This document shows, in pieces, positions 49,715-63,370 of a DNA stretch of 64,000 bases. The DNA is taken from NCBI RefSeq assembly GCF_004010195.1, contig NC_057737.1, positions 8,937,420-9,001,419 on the forward strand. Direction: 5' to 3'. Source of the DNA: Chiloscyllium plagiosum. Its lineage: Eukaryota. A program made the position numbers and the translations under genes. The notes below the pieces were generated by a model that saw only the letters and a list, made by a program, of their open reading frames with translations, had not been told where the DNA came from and did not search any database. Every line of letters begins with the position of its first letter. The stretch's first letter is position 1.

Positions 49715-49838
49715 GTTTGTGGAAAAGTACCAGGAGCTCGAGGCACAAGGTGAAGTGGACGAAGAGAAGTTATTTGAGGCGACCAGCCGGGCACTGCTCA
49801 TGGACGGAGTTGTGTTGCGAAGGAGAGGCCGAGCCGGA
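49715..49838 (+). CDS. MRPS23: MRPS23 exon 4
   Basis: ctctctcctag acceptor; [41 protein letters not shown]; 124 nt; GTGAGT donor. Confidence 0.95.
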
Positions 49839-51279
49839 GTGAGTATCACCCAAATTTGTTTCCACCCTGAGTGTGTTGGTGGTTGGGTGTGGTAGCTTGG
49901 AAAGGAGAGATACTATCTATCTGTGAGGAGTTTGCACATCCTCCCCGTGTCTGCGTGGGTTTCCCCTCTCAATCCAAAAGTGTGCAGGTTTGGTGAATTG
50001 GCCTGGGGAAATTGCCCATAGTGTTCAGGGATGTGTAGGTTTGGTGCATTAGTCAGAGGTAATTGTAAAAGTAACAGGGTGGGAGAATGGGTCTGGGTGG
50101 GATACTCATTGGAAGGTCGGTGTGAACCTGTTGGGCCAAATGGCTTGTTTCCACATTGTAGGGATTTCCGTGATTCTATCCAGTCGTCTTGACCAAAGAT
50201 TTGGGAATCAAGCTTCACTCCACTGTCTTGAGCTGTAATCCAGACCCCTACCCCACCTCCCCACTCCCAGAAAAAAAAGTCTAAGGCGGCAGGAATGCTG
50301 CTATGTTGGAGCTGCTGAGTTAATCTGCGAAGCATCTCTCTGGCAGAACTGGCCCCTCTTCCACATTGGTTTATTCACTTTACGCAGTGCTGTATAAGTG
50401 CAGAGTAATGTCCCCTTCTACAGACCAGCTCCCTGCTACACGGAAATTAGTTAGTTTCAAGCAGTTGAACTGAATTAACCAAATGAGCCTGTGGGGACCT
50501 CTTAAGCATGCACTTTAACAAAAATCAAATCTCCAAATGAACCTGGTAAAATTTAAACTGAAGTTTGGTTGTGGGGTGCACGGCGTGCCCAGCACTGCCC
50601 ACCAGTCACAGGAGACCTGGTGCACCAATGAAGACCATGTCCTCCTCATCCTCCTGGGGTCACCCAGGTATGAAAGGAGCTCAAGAAGAGAGGCAGGCCA
50701 TCAGGCTGAATGACCAGCTCAGCTGCCCAGGGCATGGACTTGTTTACGGCCATCTCAACCAGGCTTGTTTCTTAATACTGTTTATCTGTAAAATACAAGG
50801 TCTGGTTCTTGTGGATATTTCTAGTCAACCTGTTCAGAGCTGGTACTATACTCATCTGGACCATGGGACTTGGGTCTGCGCCTTCTGACCCAGAGGTAGG
50901 GATACTACCACTCCACAGAAGGGCCCAAAAGACTGGCTCTTATAAGCATGCCCTGATCTTTCCCCAATTAGTACCAGCTGCTTTGAATCACAATAGGCAT
51001 ATTCCAGTGAGACTGCATATACACGTTAGTGCTGACTTCTGGATGTAACTTTAAAGCAAGGCTGCTTAGGGATTGCAAGGGATCTCATGGTCTGGCTGGA
51101 GGAAGAGCAGGGTAGATCTGCCTAGTTTTGTTGATCAATGTTGATCCCTCAATCGACACTGGGCTGTTGGCTTCATTGCTGTTTGTGAGAGCCAGCTGTG
51201 AGCAAGGTGGTGCAAGTCAAACTCGGGCAAGTATCCATTGCTGTCTAACCCTCCCCAAATAACTTGTTGTGATTTTCAG

Positions 51280-51441
51280 ATATCAGGCTTTGCGAGTGAC
51301 GATCCCCAGGACTCCAAGACACGGAACCCAGTGTTGGACATGAAGCTGCAGGACCTGCTGAAAGGGATGCAGGAGGAGCAGCAAGAACAAACTCAGGAGG
51401 AGAGGCAGCTCCAGGCACAACAAGAGACACAGTCGCACTGA
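51280..51441 (+). CDS. MRPS23: MRPS23 exon 5 (last coding exon, divergent Q/E-rich tail)
   Basis: gattttcag acceptor, phase 0 matches exon 4; ISGFASDDPQDSKTRNPVLDMKLQDLLKGMQEEQQEQTQEERQLQAQQETQSH*; total CDS 585 nt = 194 aa + stop. Confidence 0.8.
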   Translation: MSGFASDDPQDSKTRNPVLDMKLQDLLKGMQEEQQEQTQEERQLQAQQETQSH

Positions 51442-51804
51442 CAGGTGTCTGCTCGCCACACGCTTACAAACTGTTTTGTACAAGTGGAAATGAACAGCAA
51501 CCCCCCCCCCCCCACCTCCAAATCCCAAGGCTTGCCCCGAAGTGTTATGCATTATTCCTGAATGTTGTAGTCTACTTAAATCAGAAAATCTGGCAATCGA
51601 TATTCTTCAACAGACTGATTTGTAATAACTGTCAGGTCCAGCACCTACATTAAATCATGATCTAGTTAAATACAACCTGTTACTTAGATTTTAACAATCC
51701 CAGTTCTGTGTACAGGTTGATTGGCGTGCTCCTGGCAGTTTATTTTTCCAAATAACTTACTGAAAGGAAAATGAGCCTTGGTAGCTGCCAATGCCTTGTG
51801 CTAA

Positions 51805-52086
51805 GGGCGGCACGGTGGCTCAGTGGTTAGCACTGCTGCCTCACAGCGCCGGGGTCCCAGGTTCGATTCCAGCCTCGGGCGACTATCTGTGTGGAGTTTG
51901 CACATTGTCCCCGTGTCTGCGTGGGTTTCCTCCCACAGTCCAAAGATGTGCTGGTCAGGTGAATTGGCCACGCTAAATTGCCCATAGTGTTAGGTGCATT
52001 AGACCAAATGAGTTGGGGTGGATTACTCTTTGGAGGGTCGGTGTGGACTGGTTGGGCCGAAGGGCCTGTAGATTAGAATCTAATCT
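51805..52086 (+). mobile_element. HE1-like V-SINE
   Basis: GGGCGGCACGGTGGCTCAGTGGTTAGCACTGC head; other copies at about 49915-50168 and 53752-53986. Confidence 0.9.
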
Positions 52087-53800
52087 AAAATCTAGTGCTA
52101 ATCAAACATTTTGACATGGGACAAAGTTCCCCCAAACCCACTGCCAGACTGCAACTACATATTCGTGCAGCCAGTTGTAAATATATTTTTTTGAAATTAA
52201 TATCCTTTCTTTTCCCTTTGCTTCTCTGGGTCACTGTTTGGTACCTGAGTTACAATTCCACACACGCACCAGCAATTTGACCAAATGATCACTTTTCATT
52301 TGGGAACTGAGACGCTTGGTGTCAGAGGTTTCTCAAGCACAGTGTGCAAATTAAAACAAATCCTGCATGTTGGTATATTGTGAGAAATGGGGCTTTCCAG
52401 TGCTGTCACTGCCTGAGCACCGCACTGGTAGAGTTATGAAGGTGGTACTGTCTATTTAATTAAATTCTTTGTTACAGTATAATTGTGTGAGGTTACTGTT
52501 TTAGACCACACTGTCCATCATGATCCACCTGTGGGGTTGCATATTGAGCAGCAGTTAGATTTGCAAGTTCTGAGGGAGCACTACTGGCTGTGGAGCAGAG
52601 ACTTGGATTCGATAACCCTGAGATTGACTGAGGGTTTACGTTTGTGCAATCTCTATAATGGTAGTTAGCTAGATGGCTTTTGTGACTGTGTCCCCAATTT
52701 TCACTCTGGGGCTGCACTGAGTGGGAAGCCTTAAGATGGAGTTACAGCAGATTAAAGTTTGAGAAACTTGTCTTACATTGTCGCTGCCCAAGTACCTTGA
52801 AATCTGAAGCAGTCTGACCATAGATTGCAAACACTTCCTTTGGCTATTTCAAATATTAAAGAGGGTCTTTTCTTTTCCCTGTCCAGTCACTCTTTAAGGT
52901 TTTTTATTTCTACGTCCTTTTGCCATGCTTGTTGCTTTATTCATCCACCTGCTTCCATCAATGTCCATGTTACTTCCACACTTCACTATTGCAGTCCACA
53001 CTTCACTATTGCAGTCCACAACACCCCATCTACTGCTCTTTGTAACCTTGAGCTCATCCAAAACTCTGCTGACCACATCCTTACTGGGCACAAGACCTGT
53101 TTGCCTATAACCTCTGTGCTCAATAGCCCACGCTAATTAAAATTCTCACCCTTGTTTTCAAATCCCTCTATCACCTCGTGCCCGCTCCTGATTTTGAATC
53201 CCACTCCGTTGGCGGCTGTGTCTTCAGCTAATCCTGAAGCTTTTCAATTCCCTTACTAAATCTCTTTGTCTTTCTGTCTCCCTCAGTCTTTGTCTCTGGC
53301 CAAGCTTTTAACCAGCTACTTTAGTGTTCCCGAGTGATTTGACATGAGATTTCATTTGCTTGTGCTTCTGTGAAATGCGTTGTGATGTTTGTGACTACAG
53401 TGGATGTACTATATAAATGCAAATTGTTCATGACAGGATTGGGTCCATGTTAACTAGTGTCTAGAGCGCACAAGATACTGTTTAACCCATTGGTGAGGCC
53501 TCTTCCGGAGTACTGTTCTGGTCACTCAGTTATAGGAAGGACATTATTAAGATAGAGAGGGTTCAGAACAGATTGGCCAGGTTGTTGCTTGGAGTTCAAG
53601 GTTAGAGTTAGTGTTGGACGTTTTTCATTGGAGTGTAGGAGATTCAGAGGTGGCCTGAAGAGACATGTATAAAATCAAGAGGGGGATGGGTAGGGTTAAT
53701 GGTAGGTATTTGTTTTTCCCTAGGATGGGGGATTTCAAGTCTAAGGGATTTCTGCCTCACAGCGCCAGTGACCCAGGTTCAATTCCCGCCTCAGGCAACT

Positions 53801-53852
53801 NNNNNNNNNNNNNNNNNNNNNNNNNNNNNNNNNNNNNNNNNNNNNNNNNNNN
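53801..53852. other. Assembly gap (52 N) inside a SINE
   Basis: Run of N. Confidence 1.
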
Positions 53853-55184
53853 ATGCTAAATTGCCCTAGTGTTAGGTGAAGGGGTAAATGTAGGAGTATG
53901 GGTCTGGGTGGTATACGCTTTGGCGGGTTGGTGTGGACTTGTTGGGCCGAAGGGCCTGTTTCCACACTGTAAGTAATCTAATCTAATTTTTAAGGTGAGG
54001 GGAGAGAGATTTAAAAAAGACATGAGGGATACATTTTTTACACAGTGGTTCACGTGAAATGAACTTCCTAAAGCAGTGGTAGGTGTGGCACCGTCACGCA
54101 ACGTTTAAGAGACACTTAGAAAAGTACATGAATAGGAAATGTTTGGAGGGATATGGACCACGAGCAGGCAGGTGGGCCAAGTTTAGTTTGGGATTAAGTT
54201 CAGCACTGGCTTGACCGAAGGGTCTGTTTCCGTGCTGTATGACTCTCTAACAAGATTAGCTCAGACCAGGTTAGCAGCACTGCCGCTGAACATACCTGAC
54301 CATAAGATCTAAGGAACCTGTTAAAAATCCTCTTGTGCAGAGCAGCATTTAGTGCCCGTCCCTAGCTGCCCTTGAGAAGGTGATGAGGAGCTGCCTTCCT
54401 GAATTTAGTAAGAAGTGAACTTCTTTCGGTGAATTTGCTGCAACTTATTTTTTGCTTAAAACTCTTATTCCCTTCAGACTGGCTGCACTAACTAATTAAA
54501 TAATTACTGAAGTGGAATTAATTCACGGAGTAATATTTTCTGGCCTTATTTTTTTTTAATATAAAGGAATCTAATTATCTCCATGTGACCTTGCTCTGTA
54601 GAGTAGAAAAAGTCCCACAGACCTGGGCAGGCCAGAGTTAGCTTGATTATGATTAGTAATGGGAGGGCTGCTGTCCAAGGGGAAGAGTGTGACTGTGACT
54701 ATTGGCTGTAAAATCATAAGGTTTCTCTGCCTCAGAGGCTAGGGATACTCAGCTGGTGAGAAAATATACAAAGTAGGGGGAGATTTTTTTTTTGGGAAAG
54801 TCAAGGTAATTGGGCACTTGCGTTCGGACGCCAGTTGTATGTTGTTTGGTGGAGCAGGTCCAAGTGCTGTGTTTCACGTGGATAGACACGTTAGCTGCAG
54901 TTGTTGGCCATTTGGGCCCTTAAACCTGCTTTGCTGAGTGATCTGATGTTGGCCTCAGCACCCCTTCCCTGCCTACCCCCAGTAAAGCTTTCAACCCTTT
55001 GTTCATCAGGAATTTAGGTTCGAAAGAAAAATAATTGTACTCAAAACATCTGTTTCTCTGTCCACAGATGCTGCCAGACCGGCAGCACTTTCTGTTTTTA
55101 TATCTGTCTATCTCCACCTTTAATGGCCCTCCCCCCATCACTCTCCTAGTAAGAGAATCCCACAGATTTGCAGCCATAAGGAAA

Positions 55185-55785
55185 ATGAGTGGAAGTAAGG
55201 CCATTCGGCCCATCGAGTTCACTCCACCCTTCAATCGTGGCTGATGGGCATTTCAATACCACTTAACCGAACTCTCCCCGTATACCTTAATTCCTTGCGA
55301 GATTAAGAATTTATCAATCTCTGCTCTGAAGACATTTAACATCCCGGCCTCTGCTGCGCTCTGTGGCAATGAATTCCACAGGCCCACCACTCTCTGGCTG
55401 AAGAAATATCTCCTCATTTCCGTTCTAAATTGACCCCTTCTAATTCCAAGGCTATGCCCACAAGTCCTAGTATCCCTGCCTGATAGAAGCAATTTCCCAG
55501 CTTCCACCCTTTCTAAGCCATGCATTATCTTGTAAGTTTTGGTTAGATCTCCCCTCAACCTTCTAAACTCTAATGAATACAATCCCAGTATCTTCAGCCA
55601 TTCAGCGCAAGTTAGGCCTACCATTCCAGGTATCATCCATGTGAATCTCCGCTGGACACACTCCAATGCCAGTATGTCCTTCCTGAGGTGTGGGGCCCAC
55701 AGTACTCTAAATGGGACCTAACCAGAGCTTTATAAAGTTTCAGTAGCACATCACTGCTTTTACATTCCAACCCTCTTGAGATAAA
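55185..55785 (-). mobile_element. CR1-type LINE 3' fragment
   Basis: ECVQRRFTWMIPGMVGL..LGLYSLEFRRLRGDL..FFSQRVVGLWNSLP; other CR1 pieces at about 26016-26437, 40524-40876, 53470-54246, 56530-57040 and 58462-58781. Confidence 0.85.
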
Positions 55786-58700
55786 TTAAGGCCCTACCCC
55801 TCTGCCGAGAGAAAGCACTTCTCTCATCTCCATCTTCTCTGGATGATTCCTTAATTTTAAATTGTGTCCCCTTCTTCTGGGAATTCTGATGCAGAGGGAT
55901 CTGTGTTCTGTTACATGAATCACATAAGTTAGTATGCAGTTGCAGCAGGTCAGTAAGAATGCTATCCTTCGTTATGAGAGGATTGGACTGTAAAACTAAT
56001 GATGTTAGAGAGGGCACTGATGAGTTCACATTTTGAGTATTCTGTTTTGGTCTTGTTCATTTAATGAAAGTTGTAAATACATTAGAGGTGGTTCAGAGCA
56101 TCATGACTAGGATAATACCTGGAATATGTGGGTTGCCTCATGAGGAAAGATTGGACGGACAGCGCTTCCCTCCACCAGAAAGTTGAGAGGAGTGAAAGGT
56201 GAAGTGTAAAGTCCTGAGTGGCCTTGACAAGTAGCAGGGATGTTTACTTTTGTGGGGTGAATCCAGGAGTAGGGGGTCACTTAAAATTAGGGGTTGCCCT
56301 TTTAAGAAAGATACAGGGAGAAATTTTATTCCTGAGGGTGTTGCAACATTGGAACACTGTGCCTCAGAGCGGTGGAGATGAAATCACTGAATATTTTTAA
56401 AGTAATAGGAATTGAGGGTTACTGGGGCTTGAAGGGAATGTGGAATTCAGAACAGCGACAGATCACCTGTGATCATACTGAATTAATGAGCAGGCTTGAG
56501 CAGCCAAATTGTCGACTTCTCCTAGTTTAGAGTCGCAGAGCTGTATAGCTCAGAACTTCGGTGCAACTCCTCCACGCCGAGCAGATATACTACATTAATC
56601 TAGTCCCACTTGCCAGCACCTGGCCCATGTCCCTCCAAACCCTTCCTATTCATCCACCCATCCAGATGCCTTTTAAATGTTGCAATTGTACCAGCCTCCA
56701 CCACTTCCTCTGGCAGCTCATTCCATACACGTGGAAAAAGTTGCCCCTAAGGTCTCTCTTTTATATCTTCCCCCCCCTCACCCTAAATTTATGGCCTCTG
56801 CTTCTGGACTCCCCCATCCCAGGGAAAATACCTTGATTATTCACCCTATCCATGCCCCTCGTGATTTTATAAATCTCTATAAGGTCACCCCTCAGATGCC
56901 CCAGGGAAAACAGCCCCAGCCTTTTCAGCCTCTCCCTATAGCTCAAACCCTCCAACCCTGGCAGCATCCTTGTAAATCTTTTCTGCACCCTCTCGAGTTT
57001 CACAATCTCTTCCTACAGCAGGGAGATCGGAAATGCACGTTGGTAACTTTTTATTCTATCGATCTGCACAGTGAACTCTGTCGCCCACCTTTTATTCCGC
57101 AGTGGCACAGTTCTGCATTCATAGTGCACGGTTCACAGAATTGACCAAAGCCTCAGCGTGTTTAATCACCCTGTCAGCCTACTGTCTGCAACCCTGTCCT
57201 GCTCCAGTCCCCCTCATTCTCTTCTCAACTCTCCATGTCCCATTGTGCAGGTGGTTGATTCATCTCCAGATTTATTCTCCCTTTTCAGGAAAATGCTTGA
57301 CTTCCAGTATCCCCAGTGGTCTGCCTGAGCTCAGGAATTTTTCACACTGGGGGAATGGTCAGTGCAGACACAGATGCTGCCACTTTCCGACAGCTCATTG
57401 ATTCTTGCAGCACCTTTCACCTGCCTGATCTATTTATACCGTACCCTTCTTTGCTTCAGTTACAAAAAGCCAGAGGGATAAGTTTTTATATTTCATTCCG
57501 GTCCCAAAAAAAAAACAAATGACCCAGTAAATCACACTGCATTTGTGGAAGTGCATTTTTACTTAAATTTCCTCTGAGACTTTTTCATTTGGGTAGAGGT
57601 CAGGCATGAGAGGTTTTAACATTTCAAGCATAGAGATTGAAGAGTAGTTTTAATGAAGTGACACAAAGGTTTAATCTTGAGGAAATCTCCTGTGAAAATC
57701 AATGTTCAGAGATGCAGATCTCCTTTGCTGTTTCTTTTTGTGATGCTGTTTTCATGTTGTCCACTAGGTAGCAGTAACGCATAACTTTCTCTGGCCAAGT
57801 TGATTTAATGCATGAAGCCAAATTACACTGTGTCAATATCCATTCTTTTTATCCCAGCATTGAAAGAGCCAAGGTACAGTCACGCTCAGATTGAAATGTT
57901 TGAGACTGCTGTCTAGTTATTAAGGGAACACAGACAAATTGTCTCACTTTTAGTGTGACCCGCTAAGTAGAGATGGTGTTCATTGTCACCCATCGCTGCT
58001 CCAATTCCTTCCCATCTCCTGAAGGCACAGCTTAAATCAACTCACCGTTACCCTGCTGCTCTCTTTGGGTCTTCAGGGGTGTGCATGTGGCTGGATGAGG
58101 CAGAGTTTATTGCCCATGCCTAATTGCCCTCGAGAAGGTGAAGGGGAGCTGCCATCTTGAACTGCTGCAGTCCCTTTGCTGTAGGGGTCCCACAGTGTAG
58201 TCAGGGAGGATTTTCACCCAGCAAGGTTGAAGGAATATTGATATATTTCCAAGTCAGGTGTGAAGCTTGGAGGGGAGCTTGCAGCTAGTGGTGTTCCCAT
58301 GCACCTGCTGTCCTTGTCCTTCTAGTTGGAAATGGTCAAGTGTTTGGAAGGTGTTGTCAGAGGAGTGTTGGTGAATTTCTGCAGTGCATCTTGATGCTAC
58401 TGAGCGTTGGCATCTCATCCACCAACAATCAAACCAGCTGTATTATTCTGGATGGTCATACAGTCATAGAGATGTTCAGCATGGAAACAGACCCTTCGGT
58501 CCAACCTGTCCATGCCGACTAGATATCCCAACCCAATCTAGTCCCACCCGCCAGCACTGGCCCATATCCCTCCAAACCCTTCCTATTCATATACCCATCC
58601 AAATGCCTCTTAAATGTTGCAATTGTACCAGCCTCCGCCACATCCTCCAGCACCTCATTCCATACACGCACCACCCTCTAAGTGAAAAGGTTGCCCCTTA

Positions 58701-58929
58701 GGTCTCTCTTATATCTTAATCCTCTCACCCTAAACCTATGCCCTCTAGTTCTGGACTCCCCCACCCCAGGGAAAAGACTTTGTGCTGAGATTCACTCATT
58801 CAGACAAGAGGGAGTATTCCATCACTCATATATTGTAGGTAGTGGGCAGACTTTGGAGAGATGCGAGTGAGTTCCTCATCACAGGGTCCCAGCTGCTGAT
58901 TTGGCCATGTACCCAAAGTATTTTATCTA

Positions 58930-59130
58930 GGAGAAAGTGAGGACTGCAGATGCTGGAGACTGGAGTCGTGAGTGTGGTGCTGGAAAAGCGCAGCAGGTCA
59001 GGCAGCATCCGAGGAGCAGGAAACTCAACATTTCAGGCACAAGCTGAAGGGCTGGAGCCCAAAACGTCAATTCTTCTGCTCCTCGGATGCTGCCTGACCT
59101 GATGTGCTTTTCCAGCACCACACTCTCGAC
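58930..59130. mobile_element. Palindromic Penelope-derived short element
   Basis: GGAGAAAGTGAGGACTGCAGATGCTGGAG left arm and inverted right arm. Confidence 0.75.
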
Positions 59131-59910
59131 AATATTTGATCTGTGTGGTCCAGTTGAGTTTCTGGTCAATGGTAACCCTAAGGATGTTGGTAATGGAGTA
59201 TTCAGCGATTCCAATGCATTGAATGTCCTTGTTGGAGATGATCATTGCCTGGCATGTTGGTCTGTCTACCTGCCCCTTATTCACCCAAACCTGGATATTG
59301 TTAAGGGTTTTTTCCCCTATATTTGGACGTGGACTTTTGTTGCCTCTGAGGAGTCACAAACTGCTCTGAACATCGAGCAATCATCGAACATCCCCACTTC
59401 TGACCTTAAGATGGAGTAAGAGTGATTGGTGAAGCAGCTGAAGATGTTTGGTTTTTGTGGTGCAGTGGTCCTGTCCCTTTCTCTGAGCCAGGAGGCTCAG
59501 GTTCAAGTCACACCTGCATGGAACTGCATAGTTAGGAAAATATATACAACTCACCCTGATTTGTTCTTGTGGTGCAGTGGTATTGTCACTATCTCTAAGC
59601 CAGGAGGTCTGGGTTTAAGTCTCGCCTGCTGCAGAGATGACTGACAGCTAGCAACCACAGCCATCTTCCTGTGTGCCAGGTATGACTCCAAGCAGTGGAG
59701 AGCTTCCCCCCGGTTCCCATTGACTGTGGTTTTGCCCGGGCTCACTGTTTTACCACACAAAGTCAAACGCTGCCTTGATGTCAAGGGCTATCACTCTCAC
59801 TTTGCCCCGCATTCAGCTCTTTTGTCCATGAGGTCAGGAGCTGAGTGGCCCTGTTTGAATCCAAACTGAGTGTCAGTGAGCAGACTAATGCTGAGTGGCA
59901 GTGATAGACT
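59131..59910 (-). mobile_element. Old CR1/L2-like LINE RT fragment
   Basis: Degenerate LESYLAHRKMAVV and ILRVTIDQKLNW; related pieces at about 1950-2700, 38780-39720 and 58080-58400. Confidence 0.55.
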
Positions 59911-60235
59911 GTTTGTTTGTTATCTGAGTATGTGTAAGCTGCACATGATTTTATATCATCAGTATCTGACTGAAGAGTTGAACACAAGACCAGCCTGGAT
60001 GACTGCACAGGAGAGAGTTCATCTCATCTCGTCCTGGATCATTAATGAAACCCCAGACCCTATCTGTCTTCCTGTTTTAGGTGTCAATGCTGTGTTTGAG
60101 CATATCAAGACTGGGTGTCCAGGCGTGATAGGTTGGATTGGGGAGTAGTGGAGGAGACAAGCTTTTGGAAGGTAACTCTTTGGTTTTGTTGAGTGAGAGT
60201 TGTTTGCACTGATGACCATTCTTATTGTGTTGCCA

Positions 60236-60446
60236 TAGTCTTACCAGACCATAGGGGCTGCTCTCTCATTAGAGAGAAGCGACTGGTGGTGATTTAACCT
60301 GAGGGCCACCAGACCTCAGGTGAGGGAAGAGGTTGAGAAGGAGAGTCCTTCATAATAACCTCAAACCGATGATGGGAATTGTGAACCCGTGCTGTTGGCA
60401 TCACACTGCTCTGCAAACCAGCAATCCAGCCAACTGAGCGAAACCG
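60236..60446 (-). mobile_element. Third tRNA-headed SINE family
   Basis: Minus strand GCTCAGTTGG..GGGTTC head; relatives at about 33795-33917 and 35360-35560. Confidence 0.55.
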
Positions 60447-63370
60447 CTCCCCACTGACCAGCAGAACCTAGGCACCTTGTATCTGCTGTTGCCGTTCCCA
60501 GCTTCCCTGCAGCAGCCCTTCCTTGTCAATGGAAAGATGGTGATGCAGTGGGAATGTCACTGGATCTGAACTCGTGGCTAATGCTTTCGGACCCTGGTTT
60601 CAAATCGCACTAATGAAAGCTGGCAGAATTTAAATTCAGTTGAAGTTATTCTCAGTGACAGTGACTGTGATAATGAAGGTGCCTTCCTATTATCTAGTTT
60701 AGAAACTTTGCTGTCGGTGTGATTCCAGACCCACAATAAAATGAGTCTGCTCCACCATTCAAACATGGCTGTGCTGCTCAAACCCATTCTCTTGCCTTCT
60801 CCCTGGAGCCCTTGATCCCCTTCCTAATTGAGAACCCATCTATCTCTGTCTTAAAAACAGCCAATGACTTGGCCTCCACAGCCTTCCGTGGCAATGAGTT
60901 CCACCCTCTGGCTGAAGAAATTCCCCCTCCTCTCAGTTCTAAAGTGTTGACCCTTCACTCTGAGGCTGTGCCCTCAGGTCCCGGTCTCTCCTACCTGTGG
61001 AAACATTTCCACATCCACTTTATCCAGGCATCTCTGTATTCTGATCACCTGCGCAACCCTCCCCAGCCCTTCTAAACTCAATTGAGTACAGACCCAACGT
61101 CCTCAACCACTCTTCATATGGTAAGCAACAGTGTCCATCTCCCCAAAAGAAAACTCAAGTAAAACAACTTTAATCCCACAGGAGCTTCAGTGATGTGTCT
61201 GCTCCTGGGTCTCGGAATTGTACGTTCCAGCTCCCACACAGACCGTCCCTGTGTGAGTGCTGTCAATGGCGGGTGGGACCTGCGAGATCCACTTCAAGCT
61301 TTCGAGCCTGCTGCTTTCCACTCATGAGAACCCGCCAGTGAAATGGAAAGCCACCTCACTGGGAAGGGAGTGACAATTCTGTACATTGTGTCTATGCCTT
61401 GTCCACTTACAACCAGCAGCTCTTCGGCCTGACAGAGTGCCGTGAGAATCTGACAACACCTGGAATAATGTAACTCTTTGTTTGACTTTCTGACACCCTG
61501 CATTGATACCTCTTGCATTTGTAAACTATTATCACTGCTGTCAAATCAACTACATCCAATAGCTGGACCTCTTTCAGCCAGCTTCCCCCAGTAATACTGT
61601 CAGTACTTATTGTCTGCTTTAAGACATCTGACATGATAATTCTCCAGTCTGCACCGAGTTAATAGATTGGAGCCAAGATACCAAGAAGTTGTCATTTTTT
61701 GTTCTTTATTCTTTCATGAGATGCAGTAAGGTCAGACTCTGTTGCTCATCCCTGACTGCTCTTGCACTGGGTGACTGAATGAGGGACATTTCAGAGGGTG
61801 GTTAAGAGTCAGCCACATTGCTGTGGGTCTGGAGTCACACATGGGCCAAACTGGGTAAGGGCAGCAAAGTTAATACCTGAGTGAACCAGTTGACCTTTGA
61901 TTGACAGTCTCTGTGATCACGATCACTGAGAATAGCTGTCAATTCCATATTTATTGATTGAATATGAATTCCACCAGCTAATGAAGTGGGGTTTGAACCC
62001 ATGTCCTCAGAATACTGGATTGGGATGATTAGTGCAGTGTAATTATCACAACCCCTCTCCCCCCCCCCCCCCCCCCTCAGGATTACTTGCAGGGAAGGTG
62101 TTGGTCTCGTGGTATTATCACTGGACTATTAGTCCAGACACTCTGATAATGTGATGGGACCTAGGTTTGAATCCCGCCATGGCAATTGGTGGAATTTGGA
62201 TTCAATTGGGGATGGGAAAGAAATCTGAAATTAAAAGTCTCACGATGACCATGAATCCATTGTTGGAAAAACCCATCTGGTTCACTAATGTCCTTTGGGA
62301 AAGGAAACTGCCATCCTAACCTGGTCTGGTCTACATGTGACTCCAGTTCCACAGCAATGTGGTTGGATGAATCTGCCCTCTGGGTATTTAATGGGTACTA
62401 AATGCTGGCCTTAACCAGTGATGCCCATATCTCTTGAATGAGTAACATCAAAAGGTGTTGGGGAGCAACGATTGTGAAAATTGCATCGTGATTATAACTC
62501 CAAGATAATCCTGTGAAGCTGTCTGTGTATCAGGGGAGTGTGTGTGTGTGTTTGGCGGGTGGTGTTTGTGTGAACATCTGTGGAGTTTATAAGAGTTGGT
62601 GTGTTCGGAGGATTGACTGCGGGGGGTGTGTGTGTGTGAGAGAGATTTGGCTTGACTGTAAAGTCCTGCATAGTAGAACCAGCATCACGTGCCCCAAGTT
62701 TCTGGTCCTAGGTGACGAGGCACCTTTTAATTGATCATGCTAAAGCTGTATAAAACACACACACCTGCACTCTGCTGCAGGATTCTGTTCAAGTCTGGGT
62801 GTCCTGCTTTGGAGAGGGTGCAAAAAGCCATCAACATGGATAAGAGGCCTATAGAAATGTGCACAGACTTGAGAAGATGTTCTAGACTTCACTACAGTGA
62901 GAACAGAGAGGTGTTTAAAATCGGGTAGAGTTCAGACACAAGTTGATCACTGTAAGGACAATATCAAAGATCCTGGGGAGCAAAGAACTAGTGACTTTGT
63001 GATGAAAAAATCTTCTTTACATAAAAAATGAAATATTTCAGACTTCCAGCATCAGCAGTAAAGTTGGAATAAATGGAAACCGCCAGCAGGTCGGGCATAT
63101 CGTTGGAGAGAGAAGTGGAGTTAACATCCACAGATATGGAATGTTAGCCCATGGTTTCTGAGGAACAAGGAGTTTTTCCCCAGCATTTTCTGTTTCTTAC
63201 ACAGTGATTAGGATTTGGTAAACACTGCCTGATGTGGTGGCATATACAGACCTTCAGAAAGGAATAGAGAATTAAAAAAAAACTGAACTGGAGCGGTCAG
63301 TGTTGGACTGGGGTGGTTAAAGTCAGAAATCACATGACACCAGGTTATACTTCAACACATTTATTTGGAA

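Noticed and set aside
51805-51880. tRNA-like sequence with A and B boxes
   Set aside because: Head of a V-SINE that continues into the V-domain; not a tRNA gene. The same applies to all other copies.
57432-57440. Minus-strand TATAAATAG as a TATA promoter
   Set aside because: Followed only by a very short ORF, with no other support.
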